DNA from: Sedimentisphaerales bacterium
GTDB lineage: Bacteria; Planctomycetota; Phycisphaerae; Sedimentisphaerales; Anaerobacaceae
Reading direction: 5' to 3'
Assembly (NCBI GenBank): GCA_963708075.1
Contig: OY970194.1
Coordinates: 2,656,001-2,720,000 of the forward strand
Length of the DNA stretch: 64,000 bases
In this document: positions 10,703 through 20,855 of the stretch, one piece after another
Position numbering within the stretch: the first letter of the stretch is position 1
Layout of the letters: every line of letters begins with the position of its first letter
Notes under the pieces: generated by a model
Databases searched by the model: none
Seen by the model: the letters and a program-made list of their open reading frames with translations, nothing else
Told to the model about the DNA's origin: nothing
Made by a program: the position numbers and the translations under genes

Positions 10703-10957
10703 CTCACGCGACCCGAAGCTTTCGGCCGCCTATTGCACGCAATCACTACTGTAACGTGGCCTGTTGGCCTGTGGATTAGGAAATCCGCCATGTTCATAGC
10801 AACGATTTGCTTATACGGCAATGCAACCAGGAATCCAGGTGTCTGAGCAATACGACAGGGTCTTTTACGAGTCTCCCCTATTCTCAGGCCGACAGGGAGA
10901 CGGTAAGGTCGGCCATGCATGCTCCCGTTGAGCGGAGCTGCCATTGGAGAAAAGGAC

Positions 10958-11680
10958 ATGCTGCGGAGCGCCAAGAGCCTGCGCGATTACCATATCCGCG
11001 CGACGGATGGGAATATTGGCCGCGTAAACGATTTTCTGTTCGATGGCGAAGGATGGGTGATCCGGTACGCGGTTGTGGACACCAGCGAATGGCTGCCCGG
11101 CAGAAAGGTCCTGCTCATCCCGGATGTCCTCGGTCCGCCCAGCACGGAAGGCGAAATCCTGCCTGTGGCGCTGACCCGGGAGCAGGTGGAGAACAGTCCG
11201 GATATTGACACGGACAAGCCCGTATCCCGTCAGCATGAGGTGGATCTGTTTGAGCACTACGGCTGGTCTCCCTACTGGGGGGCCGGACGCGGCGGGCTGA
11301 CGACACACGTGGCAAGAACGACCCAGACGGTAGAAGCGCCGCCCGGGGACCCCAATCTGAGGAGTATGCGGGAGGTCGCCGGTTATTCCATTCACGCCAC
11401 CGATGGACATATCGGGCACGTGGAGGATTTCATCATTGATGACGAGGAATGGATCGTACGGTACATTGTGGTGGACACGAGGAACTGGCTTCCCGGCAGA
11501 AGAGTGCTCATCTCTCCCGAGTGGGTCAGCCGGATCGATTGGCGAAGCAATGCCGTATCGATCGGCCACTCTAGGGATGAGGTCAGGAAGAGCCCGCACT
11601 ACGATCCGAATCAGCCCGTGAACCGCCAGTATGAGCTCCGCCTTTATGATTACTACGGCCGGCGCAAGTACTGGATGTGA
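10958..11680 (+). CDS. Tandem PRC-barrel domain protein
   Basis: Two repeats of I(R/H)ATDGxIGxVxDF..W.(I/V)RY.VVDT..WLPGR; RBS GGAGAAAAGGAC. Confidence 0.85.
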   Translation: MLRSAKSLRDYHIRATDGNIGRVNDFLFDGEGWVIRYAVVDTSEWLPGRKVLLIPDVLGPPSTEGEILPVALTREQVENSPDIDTDKPVSRQHEVDLFEHYGWSPYWGAGRGGLTTHVARTTQTVEAPPGDPNLRSMREVAGYSIHATDGHIGHVEDFIIDDEEWIVRYIVVDTRNWLPGRRVLISPEWVSRIDWRSNAVSIGHSRDEVRKSPHYDPNQPVNRQYELRLYDYYGRRKYWM

Positions 11681-11748
11681 CGGACGAACCGGTGGGTGAC
11701 CGTTCCCCAGGAGCAGAGGAATGCGGGTCAGTCGTTAGGAGATACACG

Positions 11749-11885
11749 ATGACTACAGGCGTGAGCACGACCCGCGAGAGGCGGCGCAGGCCGTCTTCCG
11801 CGTGCTGGAGAGAAGGATGCCTGATGGCGAGATCGAGGATATCAAGAGAATCCTGCCGGAGCCAATCCGCGAGTTATGGCCATGA
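11749..11885 (+). pseudogene. Internally deleted DUF2267-like remnant
   Basis: RBS AGGAGA plus MTTGVST, joined out of frame to DPREAAQAVFRVLERRMPDGEIEDIKRILPEPIRELWP*. Confidence 0.6.
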
Positions 11886-12160
11886 GAAGAGTGTGACAGA
11901 GAAGCAGGAGGTTGCCGCTGCAATCTGCTCCAAACGTCGTTCTTTTGTCGTACACCTTTGAATATTCCTCGCAAGGTCAAGTCTTGACGTGAGACGCAAA
12001 ACACGGTAAGCAAGGCCGGTAGTCTTCCGGGTGCCTGCTGCTTTGCCGGCTGTCCGACAGGCTGTGCAGGAATGAGAACGGCTCTGGGCAACCCGGCGCA
12101 GCATGCACCTGTATGGACAGGGTTTGTTTTTGATACGTGAAAGGATTCAGGGATTTGCAC

Positions 12161-13879
12161 ATGACGGATCAGCGGTCAGCGAAGCCTCTACATAGAACGT
12201 CCATCGCCTATTTCTCCATGGAGATCGGTCTTCAGTCGGATATGCCCACCTACAGCGGCGGCTTGGGCATCCTGGCAGGCGATGTCGTCCGCACGGCCGC
12301 CGATATGGAGGTGCCCCTGGTGGCTGTCACGCTCCTGCCTCGCAAGGGTTACCTCGACCAGAAGCTCGATGCCTCCGGCAACCAGATCGAGAGCCCGGAA
12401 TCCTGGAAGATCTCGGATCACCTCCGGCCGCTCGACGCTCGGGTCACGGTAGTCATCGAACAACGAGAGGTTACAATTCGGGCGTGGCGATATGACGCTG
12501 TCGGCATGACCGGTTTCAAGGTCCCCGTGCTCTTCCTGGACACCGACCTGCCCGTGAATGAGAAGAAGGACAGGGAGTTGAGCTATTATCTGTACGGCGG
12601 CGACAGTTACTATCGGCTCTGCCAGGAATACGTGCTGGGCGTGGGTGGCGTGCGAATGCTGCGGACCCTCGGGTACGAGCACATCGACCGTTTTCACATG
12701 AACGAGGGACACGCCGCCTTTCTGGTCCTGCAACTGTTCAACGAGGAGTTGGAGCGAACAGGCGGGAAGAAGATCAAACCCGAGCACATCGAAAGCGTGC
12801 GAAAGAAATGTGTGTTCACGACACATACGCCTGTGTCGGCCGGCCATGACAAGTTTCCTATGGCTCTCGTGCGAAAAGTCATCGGCCCGCACCGAATCTG
12901 GCACATTGAGAGCCAACTCTCCGGCAACAGCGACACACTGAACATGACCTACCTGGCGTTGAATTTCAGCCACTACATCAATGGCGTCTCCAAACAGCAC
13001 GGGAAAGTATCGCAGGAGATGTTCAACTCCTATCGGATCGACGCCATCACCAACGGTGTTCACGCCGCCACGTGGACGGCCCCCCCGTTCCGCAAGCTGC
13101 TCGATCGCTACATCCCCGCCTGGCGAGAGGACAATTTCAGCATCCGGTACGCGCTGAGTATACCACCGGAGGAAATCTGGGAGGCACACGCCAGGTGTAA
13201 GACCAGGCTGATCGGGTATGTGGCAAAAGAGCAGAAGGTGAAGCTCAATCCCAAAGCCTTCACCATTGGCTTCGCGCGGCGAGCCACGGCTTACAAGCGA
13301 GCCGACCTTGTCCTCAGGGACGTAGACCAGCTCAGACGCATCACCTCTAATGCGGGAGCACTCCAGATCATCTTTGCGGGCAAAGCACATCCGAAGGATG
13401 ACCCCGGCAAGAAGCTAATCAAGCACATATTCGAGGCAAAGAAAACACTTGGGTCGCAGGTACGCATCGTCTATCTGCCCAACTATGACATTGATGTCGC
13501 CAAGGTCCTCATTCCCGGCGTGGACCTGTGGCTCAACACGCCTCTGCCCCCTCACGAGGCCTCGGGAACGAGCGGCATGAAGGCTGCCCTGAATGGCGTA
13601 CCCTCCCTGAGTATCCTCGACGGCTGGTGGATCGAGGGCTGTGTCGAGAACCTGACCGGCTGGGCCATCGGCAGCTTGAGAAAAAGGGGCAAGAAAGACA
13701 CTTCCGAGCAAGATGCGGCGGCGATGTACGATAAGCTGGAGAACACGATCATCCCCATGTTCTACAACGACCGCGAGCAATACATTCGCATCATGCTCTT
13801 TGCCCTGGCGCTCAACGGCTCGTTCTTCAACACGCAACGAATGCTCCAGGAGTATCTGTTGAAGGCCTACATGCAGTAG
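12161..13879 (+). CDS. glgP: Alpha-glucan (glycogen/starch) phosphorylase, short form
   Basis: YFSMEIG..YSGGLGILAGD, HMNEGH, GFARRATAYKR, EASGTSGMKAALNG. Confidence 0.92.
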   Translation: MTDQRSAKPLHRTSIAYFSMEIGLQSDMPTYSGGLGILAGDVVRTAADMEVPLVAVTLLPRKGYLDQKLDASGNQIESPESWKISDHLRPLDARVTVVIEQREVTIRAWRYDAVGMTGFKVPVLFLDTDLPVNEKKDRELSYYLYGGDSYYRLCQEYVLGVGGVRMLRTLGYEHIDRFHMNEGHAAFLVLQLFNEELERTGGKKIKPEHIESVRKKCVFTTHTPVSAGHDKFPMALVRKVIGPHRIWHIESQLSGNSDTLNMTYLALNFSHYINGVSKQHGKVSQEMFNSYRIDAITNGVHAATWTAPPFRKLLDRYIPAWREDNFSIRYALSIPPEEIWEAHARCKTRLIGYVAKEQKVKLNPKAFTIGFARRATAYKRADLVLRDVDQLRRITSNAGALQIIFAGKAHPKDDPGKKLIKHIFEAKKTLGSQVRIVYLPNYDIDVAKVLIPGVDLWLNTPLPPHEASGTSGMKAALNGVPSLSILDGWWIEGCVENLTGWAIGSLRKRGKKDTSEQDAAAMYDKLENTIIPMFYNDREQYIRIMLFALALNGSFFNTQRMLQEYLLKAYMQ

Positions 13880-13900
13880 CCCGTCCTCAAAGGTCGCGAC

Positions 13901-14503
13901 ATGAATGTCTTTTCTGCGGCACTGCTGCTGTTTCTGGTGATCGATCCGATCGGCAATATCCCGGCGTTTCTGTCCATCCTCACCAACGTGCCCGCGGAGA
14001 GGCGCAGAAAGGTCCTCACCCGAGAGCTTCTGATCGCACTGGCGACGCTCATCCTGTTTTTGTTTTTTGGCAAATACATCCTCACGGCCCTGCAGATTTC
14101 GCAAGCCTCGCTCGGGGCGGCGGGCGGCATCATTCTGTTCCTGATTGCCCTGCGGATGATTTTTCCGGGCCCGAAAGGGATCATGGTGGAGGAGGTGGAT
14201 GGGGAGCCCTTCATTGTTCCACTGGCCATACCTTTGATTGCCGGTCCAGCCGCCATGGCCACCCTGATGCTGCTCATGGCCCGCGATCCTGTGGACTGGC
14301 CCCGGTGGCTGGGGGCTCTGCTGCTGGCGTGGAGCGCATCGAGCATCATCCTGCTGTTGGCCAATCAACTGGCGCGGCTGCTGGGCAAAAGGACCATCAC
14401 GGCCATCGAGCGACTGATGGGACTCTTACTCACCGCCGTGGCCGTAGAGATGCTCATCAACGGCATTGAGCAGGCATATCGCACGATCGTGCAGAGCCCT
14501 TGA
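13901..14503 (+). CDS. MarC family membrane protein
   Basis: DPIGNIP, GGIILFLIAL, VPLAIPLIAGP, ERLMGLLL. Confidence 0.9.
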   Translation: MNVFSAALLLFLVIDPIGNIPAFLSILTNVPAERRRKVLTRELLIALATLILFLFFGKYILTALQISQASLGAAGGIILFLIALRMIFPGPKGIMVEEVDGEPFIVPLAIPLIAGPAAMATLMLLMARDPVDWPRWLGALLLAWSASSIILLLANQLARLLGKRTITAIERLMGLLLTAVAVEMLINGIEQAYRTIVQSP

Positions 14504-14538
14504 TACGCATTGAACGATGAAACGATCTCTGTGGGCGG

Positions 14539-15420
14539 CTATAGATCGTAGTACTCTCTGCACTCTCGCTCGCGGCCTCGGACCACCCGCTCACCCGCCA
14601 GCCTGCCGCGCTCGGCCGTCACGACCGTGCTCTGGCGCTGTTCGCCGCCCCGCTCGTAATAGATCACGACCCAATCATGGGTCTTGCCGCTCCTGTGAGC
14701 CAGCGCGGTATTCGAGAACAGGACTGTGAAGCTCCAGCCTTCGCGTCTGGCTCTCATGATGGGCAGCCACGCCTCCCCTTCCGGGTTGAATCGCTTCGGG
14801 GCGATCTTCCTCAATTGGTCCTTCTCCGCCTTCGTGCGGTACTCCTCATCAAGGTCAAGCAGCAAGTCGACCGATGGCCGCTCTTCCTGCTCGCCTTTCG
14901 GGGTTTCTTCCCTGAAGGCCTCCTGCAACCTGCGACGGGAAGACTGGCTCAGCATGCCTGCCAGGGCCACGCGAACACCTTCCGCCCGGTCGGGACCGAT
15001 CCCCTCCACCTGCTCCAAACGACCGTCGTGTGCCGCCAACTCAAGTTCCTCCAACGTGCTGATCCCCAGTTGTTCATGGATACGCCGCGCCAGCTCATCG
15101 CCTATCCCCGGCACCTCGGTGAAGAACATGCCGGGCCAGATCTCACTTTCGAGCTTCTCTTCCAAGCCGAAATGGCCCGTCGTCGCGATCTCCTTGATGG
15201 ACCCCGCCAACTTCTCCCCGATGCCCGGCAAAGTCCGCAACGCCCTCTCCCCATTCTGCTGCATGAGCTCGATGACGGGCTGATCCAGGTCCCGAACGGT
15301 CTGGGCCGCACTGCGGTAGCTGCGGACCCGGAAAGCATTCTCATCCTCAAGCTCCAGCATGTCCGCCACGTGGTCCAGTCTCTCCGCTATCTCCTCATTA
15401 CTGATCACATCTCGTCTCAC
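14539..15420 (-). CDS. Helix-hairpin-helix protein with a PolX-like N-terminus and an uncharacterised C-terminal domain
   Basis: NEEIAERL..ENAFRVRSYRSAA, LPGIGEKLA, VPGIG, VEGIG; no recognisable PolX palm or PHP domain. Confidence 0.75.
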   Translation of the reverse strand: MRRDVISNEEIAERLDHVADMLELEDENAFRVRSYRSAAQTVRDLDQPVIELMQQNGERALRTLPGIGEKLAGSIKEIATTGHFGLEEKLESEIWPGMFFTEVPGIGDELARRIHEQLGISTLEELELAAHDGRLEQVEGIGPDRAEGVRVALAGMLSQSSRRRLQEAFREETPKGEQEERPSVDLLLDLDEEYRTKAEKDQLRKIAPKRFNPEGEAWLPIMRARREGWSFTVLFSNTALAHRSGKTHDWVVIYYERGGEQRQSTVVTAERGRLAGERVVRGRERECREYYDL

Positions 15421-15434
15421 GGCACACCCTCACA

Positions 15435-16250
15435 TCAGGTATATACGGTGTCGACCACTTTCGCCTCGATGCCAATCGTGTCGATTTCCTGCATCTCCTC
15501 GACGGATAGCTCCCATCCGTCGAGGTCGATGTTCTCTTTGAGATGGTTGAGGGAGCCGGCCTTTGGAATGACGACGGCGCCCTTTTGGAGCAGCCATCGC
15601 AGGCTGACCTGGGCGGCCGACTTGCCATGTTGCCGGCCGATTCTCGTAAGGACGGGATCACGCAGGACAGCCCCCTTGGCCAGCGGGCAGTAGGCCGTCA
15701 ATGCGATGTTGTGCTCGCGGCAGAACTCCGGGATCTCCCGCCGGGGCCGGTACGGATGGTATTCCACCTGGTTATTGCAGATGGGGACATCCGAGGCCGC
15801 GATGGCCTCCTGCAGGCGTCCCACGTCGAAATTGCTCACTCCGACGCTCCGGACCACCCGTTGCTGCACAAGGTACTGCATTCCTTCCATTGTGTATTCT
15901 ATGGGGATCGCATCATTGGGCCAGTGGATCAGGTAGAGGTCGAGATAGCCGGTGCCCAGGTGGTCGAGGGACCGTCGGCAGGCGTCAATGAGGTCGTTCG
16001 TGCTGAGGTGCGCGCTGCTGACTTTGGAGGTGATGAACAGGGTGCTTCTGTCGAAGCTCCGAATCGCCTTGCCGATTTCCTCTTCATTGCCATACAGCTC
16101 GGCCGTATCGATCAGCCGGTAACCCAGTTGGACTGCCATGCTGACAATTCGCTCACACGTCGATCCGTTGAGCGTCCAGGTCCCAAGACCGAGAATAGGC
16201 ATGGAGTAGCCGCTTTGCAGTCGGCAGGTCTGGCTCAGCACGCTTTCCAT
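15435..16250 (-). CDS. Aldo/keto reductase
   Basis: GLGTW, IDTAELYGNE, DLYLIHWP, GVSNF, VIPKA. Confidence 0.93.
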   Translation of the reverse strand: MESVLSQTCRLQSGYSMPILGLGTWTLNGSTCERIVSMAVQLGYRLIDTAELYGNEEEIGKAIRSFDRSTLFITSKVSSAHLSTNDLIDACRRSLDHLGTGYLDLYLIHWPNDAIPIEYTMEGMQYLVQQRVVRSVGVSNFDVGRLQEAIAASDVPICNNQVEYHPYRPRREIPEFCREHNIALTAYCPLAKGAVLRDPVLTRIGRQHGKSAAQVSLRWLLQKGAVVIPKAGSLNHLKENIDLDGWELSVEEMQEIDTIGIEAKVVDTVYT

Positions 16251-16328
16251 CGGTCGTCTGCTTTCTCAACTGTGGACGTTTCCAGTTACCCCTTCTCACA
16301 TACAACTGCTCACATAACAACTGGACAA

Positions 16329-16343
16329 TAAGGCAATTCCTCA
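16329..16343. promoter_or_regulatory. Candidate palindromic box TAAGGCAATTCCTCA between divergent AKR and UDG
   Basis: Same motif family as 18537. Confidence 0.55.
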
Positions 16344-16420
16344 TACGCCTCTGCGCAACGGCCTATTTCTTCACGCTTGGCGATACGCTATAAGCGAAAG
16401 ATAGACCCGTCCACGCGGGG

Positions 16421-17005
16421 ATGGCATATATGACTAAAGAAGAGCGACAAAAGCGGATGCATCAGCTCGATGAGGGAATCCGCGTGTGCGTGAAATGCCC
16501 GCTGCACAAGAGCCGGACCATCGCCGTTCCGGGCGAAGGGCCTGTGCCCGCCGACGTATTGATTATCGGCGAGGCGCCCGGGGCCAAAGAGGATCGCCAG
16601 GGCCGGCCGTTTGTCGGGCCTTCCGGGATGCTCCTCGAACGGCTGCTGGAGGTGGCCGGACTGACCCGCAACGATGTCTATATCACCTCCTGCGTCAAAT
16701 GCAGGCCCCCGGGCAATCGGACTCCGCGCACGCTCGAGCTGAATACCTGTCAGGAAAACTGGCTGGATCAGCAAATCCCTCTGGTGGATCCCAAGCTCAT
16801 TGTCCTGCTCGGCAAGGTGGCGATTTCCCAGCTTCTTGGAGAGGAGGGAAGCCTGCGGGACCTTCACGGGCAAACCGTCGAACGTGACGGGCGGCTGTAC
16901 CTGATGACGTATCACCCTGCAGCGGCATTCCGGGTTCCGGAAACTAAAGAGATCATGAAACAGGACATGGCCATCCTCAGGGAGCTCCTGGCTGGCGTGT
17001 CATGA
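16421..17005 (+). CDS. Uracil-DNA glycosylase family 4 (4Fe-4S)
   Basis: CVKCPL, IGEAPG..ED..GRPFVG, VKCRPPGNR, TYHPAA. Confidence 0.92.
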   Translation: MAYMTKEERQKRMHQLDEGIRVCVKCPLHKSRTIAVPGEGPVPADVLIIGEAPGAKEDRQGRPFVGPSGMLLERLLEVAGLTRNDVYITSCVKCRPPGNRTPRTLELNTCQENWLDQQIPLVDPKLIVLLGKVAISQLLGEEGSLRDLHGQTVERDGRLYLMTYHPAAAFRVPETKEIMKQDMAILRELLAGVS

Positions 17006-17017
17006 AAGAAATAGCTC

Positions 17018-17428
17018 TTAGCGCCGTGCCACGGCGGCCTCTTGCCTCAGGTTCTCCATGATCCGCTCAAAGATCACCTCCGATTTGTTTTTGTCGCCGA
17101 AGATCCCCGCGCGGATGGTCAGGATCGTCCGCGATCCCGGCAGCGCCTCCACGTCGATCGTGATGTTCTCGCGCTGGGCGTCTATCGTGGCGACTTCTCC
17201 CGCGATCCCATCCTGGTCGTGCCACATTACCTTGAGATCAAGCTGATCGACGGCGTCGCTGGCCGCACCGAACACCTCGTCGATCGGGTAATCCAGCTTT
17301 GCTTTCAGGACATCCCACGTATATCTTGCCCGGACGTCCGGCCCGGTCTCCATTGACGATCTGCAGCTCTGGCACATCAGGCATACGCCCAGAATGAGTC
17401 CAACAAATGCGATTGTGACCGCTCTCAT
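17018..17428 (-). CDS. DUF3568-like exported protein
   Basis: Signal-like N-terminus; C-terminal TIRAGIFGDKNKSEVIFERI. Confidence 0.6.
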   Translation of the reverse strand: MRAVTIAFVGLILGVCLMCQSCRSSMETGPDVRARYTWDVLKAKLDYPIDEVFGAASDAVDQLDLKVMWHDQDGIAGEVATIDAQRENITIDVEALPGSRTILTIRAGIFGDKNKSEVIFERIMENLRQEAAVARR

Positions 17429-17479
17429 CCTTGCACCCTTTCAGAACGTATGACTGAATTCCTTTCGGCAGGATGACGT

Positions 17480-17842
17480 TCACTGGGCTCGCTGGATGTC
17501 GATGATCCTGACCAGCGTGCCCCACATACGCACTGAGACCTGCCCTTCAAGCGTCTCGATGCGGGCCTTGACACGCAGCCCATCCTGTTTGAACGCATCG
17601 GGCAGGTTCACCGGATCGAGCTTCTGCCCATCATCCGTGACGATACCGCAGAAGCCCCCTTCCAGATCCATGTACTTCACGGTGCCACTGATCGCTGCCG
17701 GCTGCTCCTCGGTGCCCGCAGGCGTGCCGGCCTGGTCGTCCCGTTGCCTGCTGCTGCACCCCCCTGCCACCATAAGCAGTGTCGTGCCCAGCATTGCCAC
17801 GGCCATTCCCACGATCTGCGCCTTCTTCTTCATGAGATACAT
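17480..17842 (-). CDS. Hypothetical lipoprotein
   Basis: Lipobox-like AGGC; GTVKYMDLEGGF..PVNLPDAFKQDGLRV. Confidence 0.65.
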   Translation of the reverse strand: MYLMKKKAQIVGMAVAMLGTTLLMVAGGCSSRQRDDQAGTPAGTEEQPAAISGTVKYMDLEGGFCGIVTDDGQKLDPVNLPDAFKQDGLRVKARIETLEGQVSVRMWGTLVRIIDIQRAQ

Positions 17843-17920
17843 TGTCTCATTTATCCGCGCAGCACAGGACGGGGAAATTGCCTATTCCCGCCCGGCGAAC
17901 TGCCTACGTCGTGGGGAAGA

Positions 17921-18040
17921 TTCGAAATTCGAATACCGAAATCCGAAACAAGCACAAAATACCAAAATCCCAAATACGAAACGGGCCAAGCCGGCGACGG
18001 CGTTTAGGACTTGTGAATTTTGGATTTGTTTCGGACTTCA
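17921..18040. repeat. MITE-like imperfect palindrome, copy 1
   Basis: Arms ccgaaatccgaaacaa / ttgtttcggacttc; inverse homolog at 54648-54792 shares the core ggccaagccggcgac. Confidence 0.75.
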
Positions 18041-18110
18041 AGGCGCAGACCAGCCTTTCGGCAGCAGGTGGTGCTGTGGCAGTAAGCGTGACGTCCGCCA
18101 CGGGTCCGGC

Positions 18111-18320
18111 TTACTCCTTCCCGTGCAGCACGAACGTGACCTTCATGTTCACACGGAACTCGGAGATCTTGCCGTTCTCCAGGCGCACCTCCTGCTCCTG
18201 GACCCAGGCGCCGCGGATATCGTCCAGCGTCTCACTGGCACGTTCAATCCCCTGGCGAACCGCGTCCTCGAAACTCTCCGGGGACGAAGCGCTGACTTCA
18301 ATGACTTTGGCAACGGACAT
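18111..18320 (-). CDS. Dodecin family (flavin-binding) protein
   Basis: MSVAKVIEVSASSPESFEDAV..GAWV..FRVNMKVTF. Confidence 0.9.
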   Translation of the reverse strand: MSVAKVIEVSASSPESFEDAVRQGIERASETLDDIRGAWVQEQEVRLENGKISEFRVNMKVTFVLHGKE

Positions 18321-18536
18321 CTCTACACCTCGCTCTCCCGCAATATGCGGCAAAGAAGTTCATCAGTCATGCGGCAGGGATCATCGTGAAAATGAACGCC
18401 ATAATCAGGGCAAATAGGATGTTGACTGCAAACACGCCGCAATCCCCCATTGCGTGAGCTGTATTGACCCGCCATTCTCTGCGGTCAGCTTGTGACACCT
18501 GTATTTCAGCCTACAGGGGGGGCTCGTTCCAGGGAC

Positions 18537-18574
18537 TAAGGAGATTCCTTATTTCGGATAGGTAAACCACCTAT
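18537..18574. promoter_or_regulatory. Two adjacent palindromes, TAAGGA-GAT-TCCTTA and ATAGGT-AAACC-ACCTAT
   Basis: Perfect 6-bp arms; between divergent dodecin and cheBR, just upstream of TTGCAC(18590). Confidence 0.6.
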
Positions 18575-18673
18575 TAGATTGAGTCAGCCTTGCACATGGG
18601 TCCGTTCGTGATAATATGTGGCACATCACGCAGGAGAGGCAGAACGGACCTCATGTGGTTTGGAGCTTTAGGC

Positions 18674-20740
18674 ATGGCTGGAGAAAAGAAAGATGAACAT
18701 TCAAGGGCCAAACCCAAACGGGAGAAGCCGCGGGACAGAGCTGGGGCCGTGGAAAAAGCGGAACTGAGCATGGGACAGCCAGGCGATGTACAAGCCGTAG
18801 AGCCGGAAGCTACGGCTGCCAAGCCCGAGCAGACGGAGACGCACGAGAGGACTCCCTGCCCGGTAGCGGGCGTGGGTGCCTCAGCCGGCGGACTAGAGGC
18901 ATTACAGGGGCTCTTTGCGCACGTACCTGCCGATCTGAACGTGGCTTTCGTCGTGGTTCAGCACCGCGCGGCGGATCGCACGAGCGTGATGCGGTCCCTG
19001 CTCGAGAAGCATACTCAGCTTGCCGTCAAGGACATCGAGGACGGCATGAAGATTGAGCCGGGCACCGTGTACCTCAGTCCGGCGGATAAAGACGTATCGA
19101 TCTTGAACGGGGTGCTGTTCCTCATCGAACCCCCGCCGCGCGTTGGTGTACACTTGCCCATCGACTCATTCTTCCGCTCCCTGGCCCAGGAGGAGGCGGG
19201 CCGGGCGATCGGCATCGTCCTCTCGGGCACCGGCTCCGACGGCACGCTCGGACTCAAGGAGATCAAGGCCGCCGGAGGTCTGCTCATGGCCCAGGACGAG
19301 ACCCAGGCCAAGTACGACTCCATGCCCCGAAGCGCCATCGACACAGGCATGGTCGATTTCGTCCTGCCGGTCGAGAAGATGGGCGAGCAATTGGCCCAGT
19401 ACCTCAAACATCCGCTCCTGGTGAGACCCAAGCCCGCGGACACGGAGAAGAACATAGAGAGCCAGTTCCAGAAGGTTTTCATGCTGATCCTCGCCGAGAC
19501 CGGCCACGACTTCTCCCACTACAAGCGCAATACCATCCAGCGGAGGATCGCCCGGCGGCTGGCCGTCCACCAGATCGAGAACCTCGATCGTTACGTCCGG
19601 TTTCTCCAGGAGAACCCGGAGGAAGTCAAAATCCTGGCCAGGGAGATGCTGATCACCGTGACGAATTTCTTCCGGGACCGCGAGGCGTTCGAGAAGCTTC
19701 AGGGACAGGTAATCGCCCCCCTCGTGGCGCAAAAGGCGCCGGATTCCTCCTTTCGGATCTGGGTGGCCGGCTGCGCCACAGGCGAAGAGGCCTACAGCAT
19801 AGCGATGATGCTATATGAGGAGATCACCCGGAGCGAAAAACGCTTCAGTGTTCAGATTTTCGCCACGGATATCGACGAGGAATCCATCGAGACGGCGCGC
19901 CATGGCCAGTATTCCAAGAGCATCGCCGGCGACATCTCCCCGGCACGTCTCAAGCGGTTCTTCACCGAGGAGAACAACCACTACAAAATCAAGAGCATGA
20001 TCCGCGAGATGGTCGTCTTCACCAAGCATAACGTGACCAAGGACAGCCCGTTCTCCAGGCTCGACCTGCTCTGCTGCCGCAATGTCCTGATCTACATGGA
20101 CGCGACCCTGCAGAAGAAGCTGATCCCCATGTTCCACTACACGCTGAATCCTGGCGGCTTCTTGTTCCTGGGCGAGAGCGAATCCGTCGGGTCGTATTCC
20201 GATCTGTTCACCCCGGTCGATGCCCGGCACAAGATCTTCCGGCGCAAACCCCTGCAGGCAGGCTATGAGCCCGACACGGAGGTCGGCTTTCATCCTCAGG
20301 CCGAGGCGGCGCCAAAAGACAAAGTGCGGGCGAAAGAGCAACGGCAGGAGATCGACGAGCTCTCCAAGGCCTACGACGACCTGAACAATCTGCTGGCGGC
20401 CACCGAGGTGGCCACGCTATTCCTGGACCGGGCCATGAAGATCCGGCGGTTCACGCCGGCGGCCCGCCAGATGTTCCACCTGATCGACCGCGATGCCGGC
20501 CGGCTCATCTACGATATGGGCAATCGTCAGTGGGACATCCCTGACTTGCGAAAGCTGCTCGAGCAGATCGTGCCCCAGAATACGAAGTTCGAGGGTTTCA
20601 AGGTCTCTCACAAGTTCCCGCAAATCGGGGAGAAGACCTTCCTGCTCGACGCCCGCCAGACCACCCTCAAGGGCGAAACTACCGGCCGAATCCTCTTACC
20701 CTTCGAGGACATTACCGGACAAGAGGAGGGCACATCGTAG
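18674..20740 (+). CDS. CheB methylesterase-CheR methyltransferase fusion with a shortened PAS tail
   Basis: GASAGG, VQH, LSGTGSDG (CheB); VTNFFRD, WVAGCATGEEAYS, CRNVLIY (CheR). Confidence 0.9.
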   Translation: MAGEKKDEHSRAKPKREKPRDRAGAVEKAELSMGQPGDVQAVEPEATAAKPEQTETHERTPCPVAGVGASAGGLEALQGLFAHVPADLNVAFVVVQHRAADRTSVMRSLLEKHTQLAVKDIEDGMKIEPGTVYLSPADKDVSILNGVLFLIEPPPRVGVHLPIDSFFRSLAQEEAGRAIGIVLSGTGSDGTLGLKEIKAAGGLLMAQDETQAKYDSMPRSAIDTGMVDFVLPVEKMGEQLAQYLKHPLLVRPKPADTEKNIESQFQKVFMLILAETGHDFSHYKRNTIQRRIARRLAVHQIENLDRYVRFLQENPEEVKILAREMLITVTNFFRDREAFEKLQGQVIAPLVAQKAPDSSFRIWVAGCATGEEAYSIAMMLYEEITRSEKRFSVQIFATDIDEESIETARHGQYSKSIAGDISPARLKRFFTEENNHYKIKSMIREMVVFTKHNVTKDSPFSRLDLLCCRNVLIYMDATLQKKLIPMFHYTLNPGGFLFLGESESVGSYSDLFTPVDARHKIFRRKPLQAGYEPDTEVGFHPQAEAAPKDKVRAKEQRQEIDELSKAYDDLNNLLAATEVATLFLDRAMKIRRFTPAARQMFHLIDRDAGRLIYDMGNRQWDIPDLRKLLEQIVPQNTKFEGFKVSHKFPQIGEKTFLLDARQTTLKGETTGRILLPFEDITGQEEGTS

Positions 20741-20855
20741 GGCGAGCGTCCTCGCCCAAGAGGTCGTGCGAGGACGCACGACCTGCAAGAATCGTCACGG
20801 GACGTGTGAAATGGAGCAGTGGCGGCCGATGAGCGCCGGCCGAAAGACTGAAAAC

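Noticed and set aside
18674..20740. Chemotaxis locus
   Set aside because: No MCP, CheA, CheW or CheY genes are present; the context is two-component signalling.
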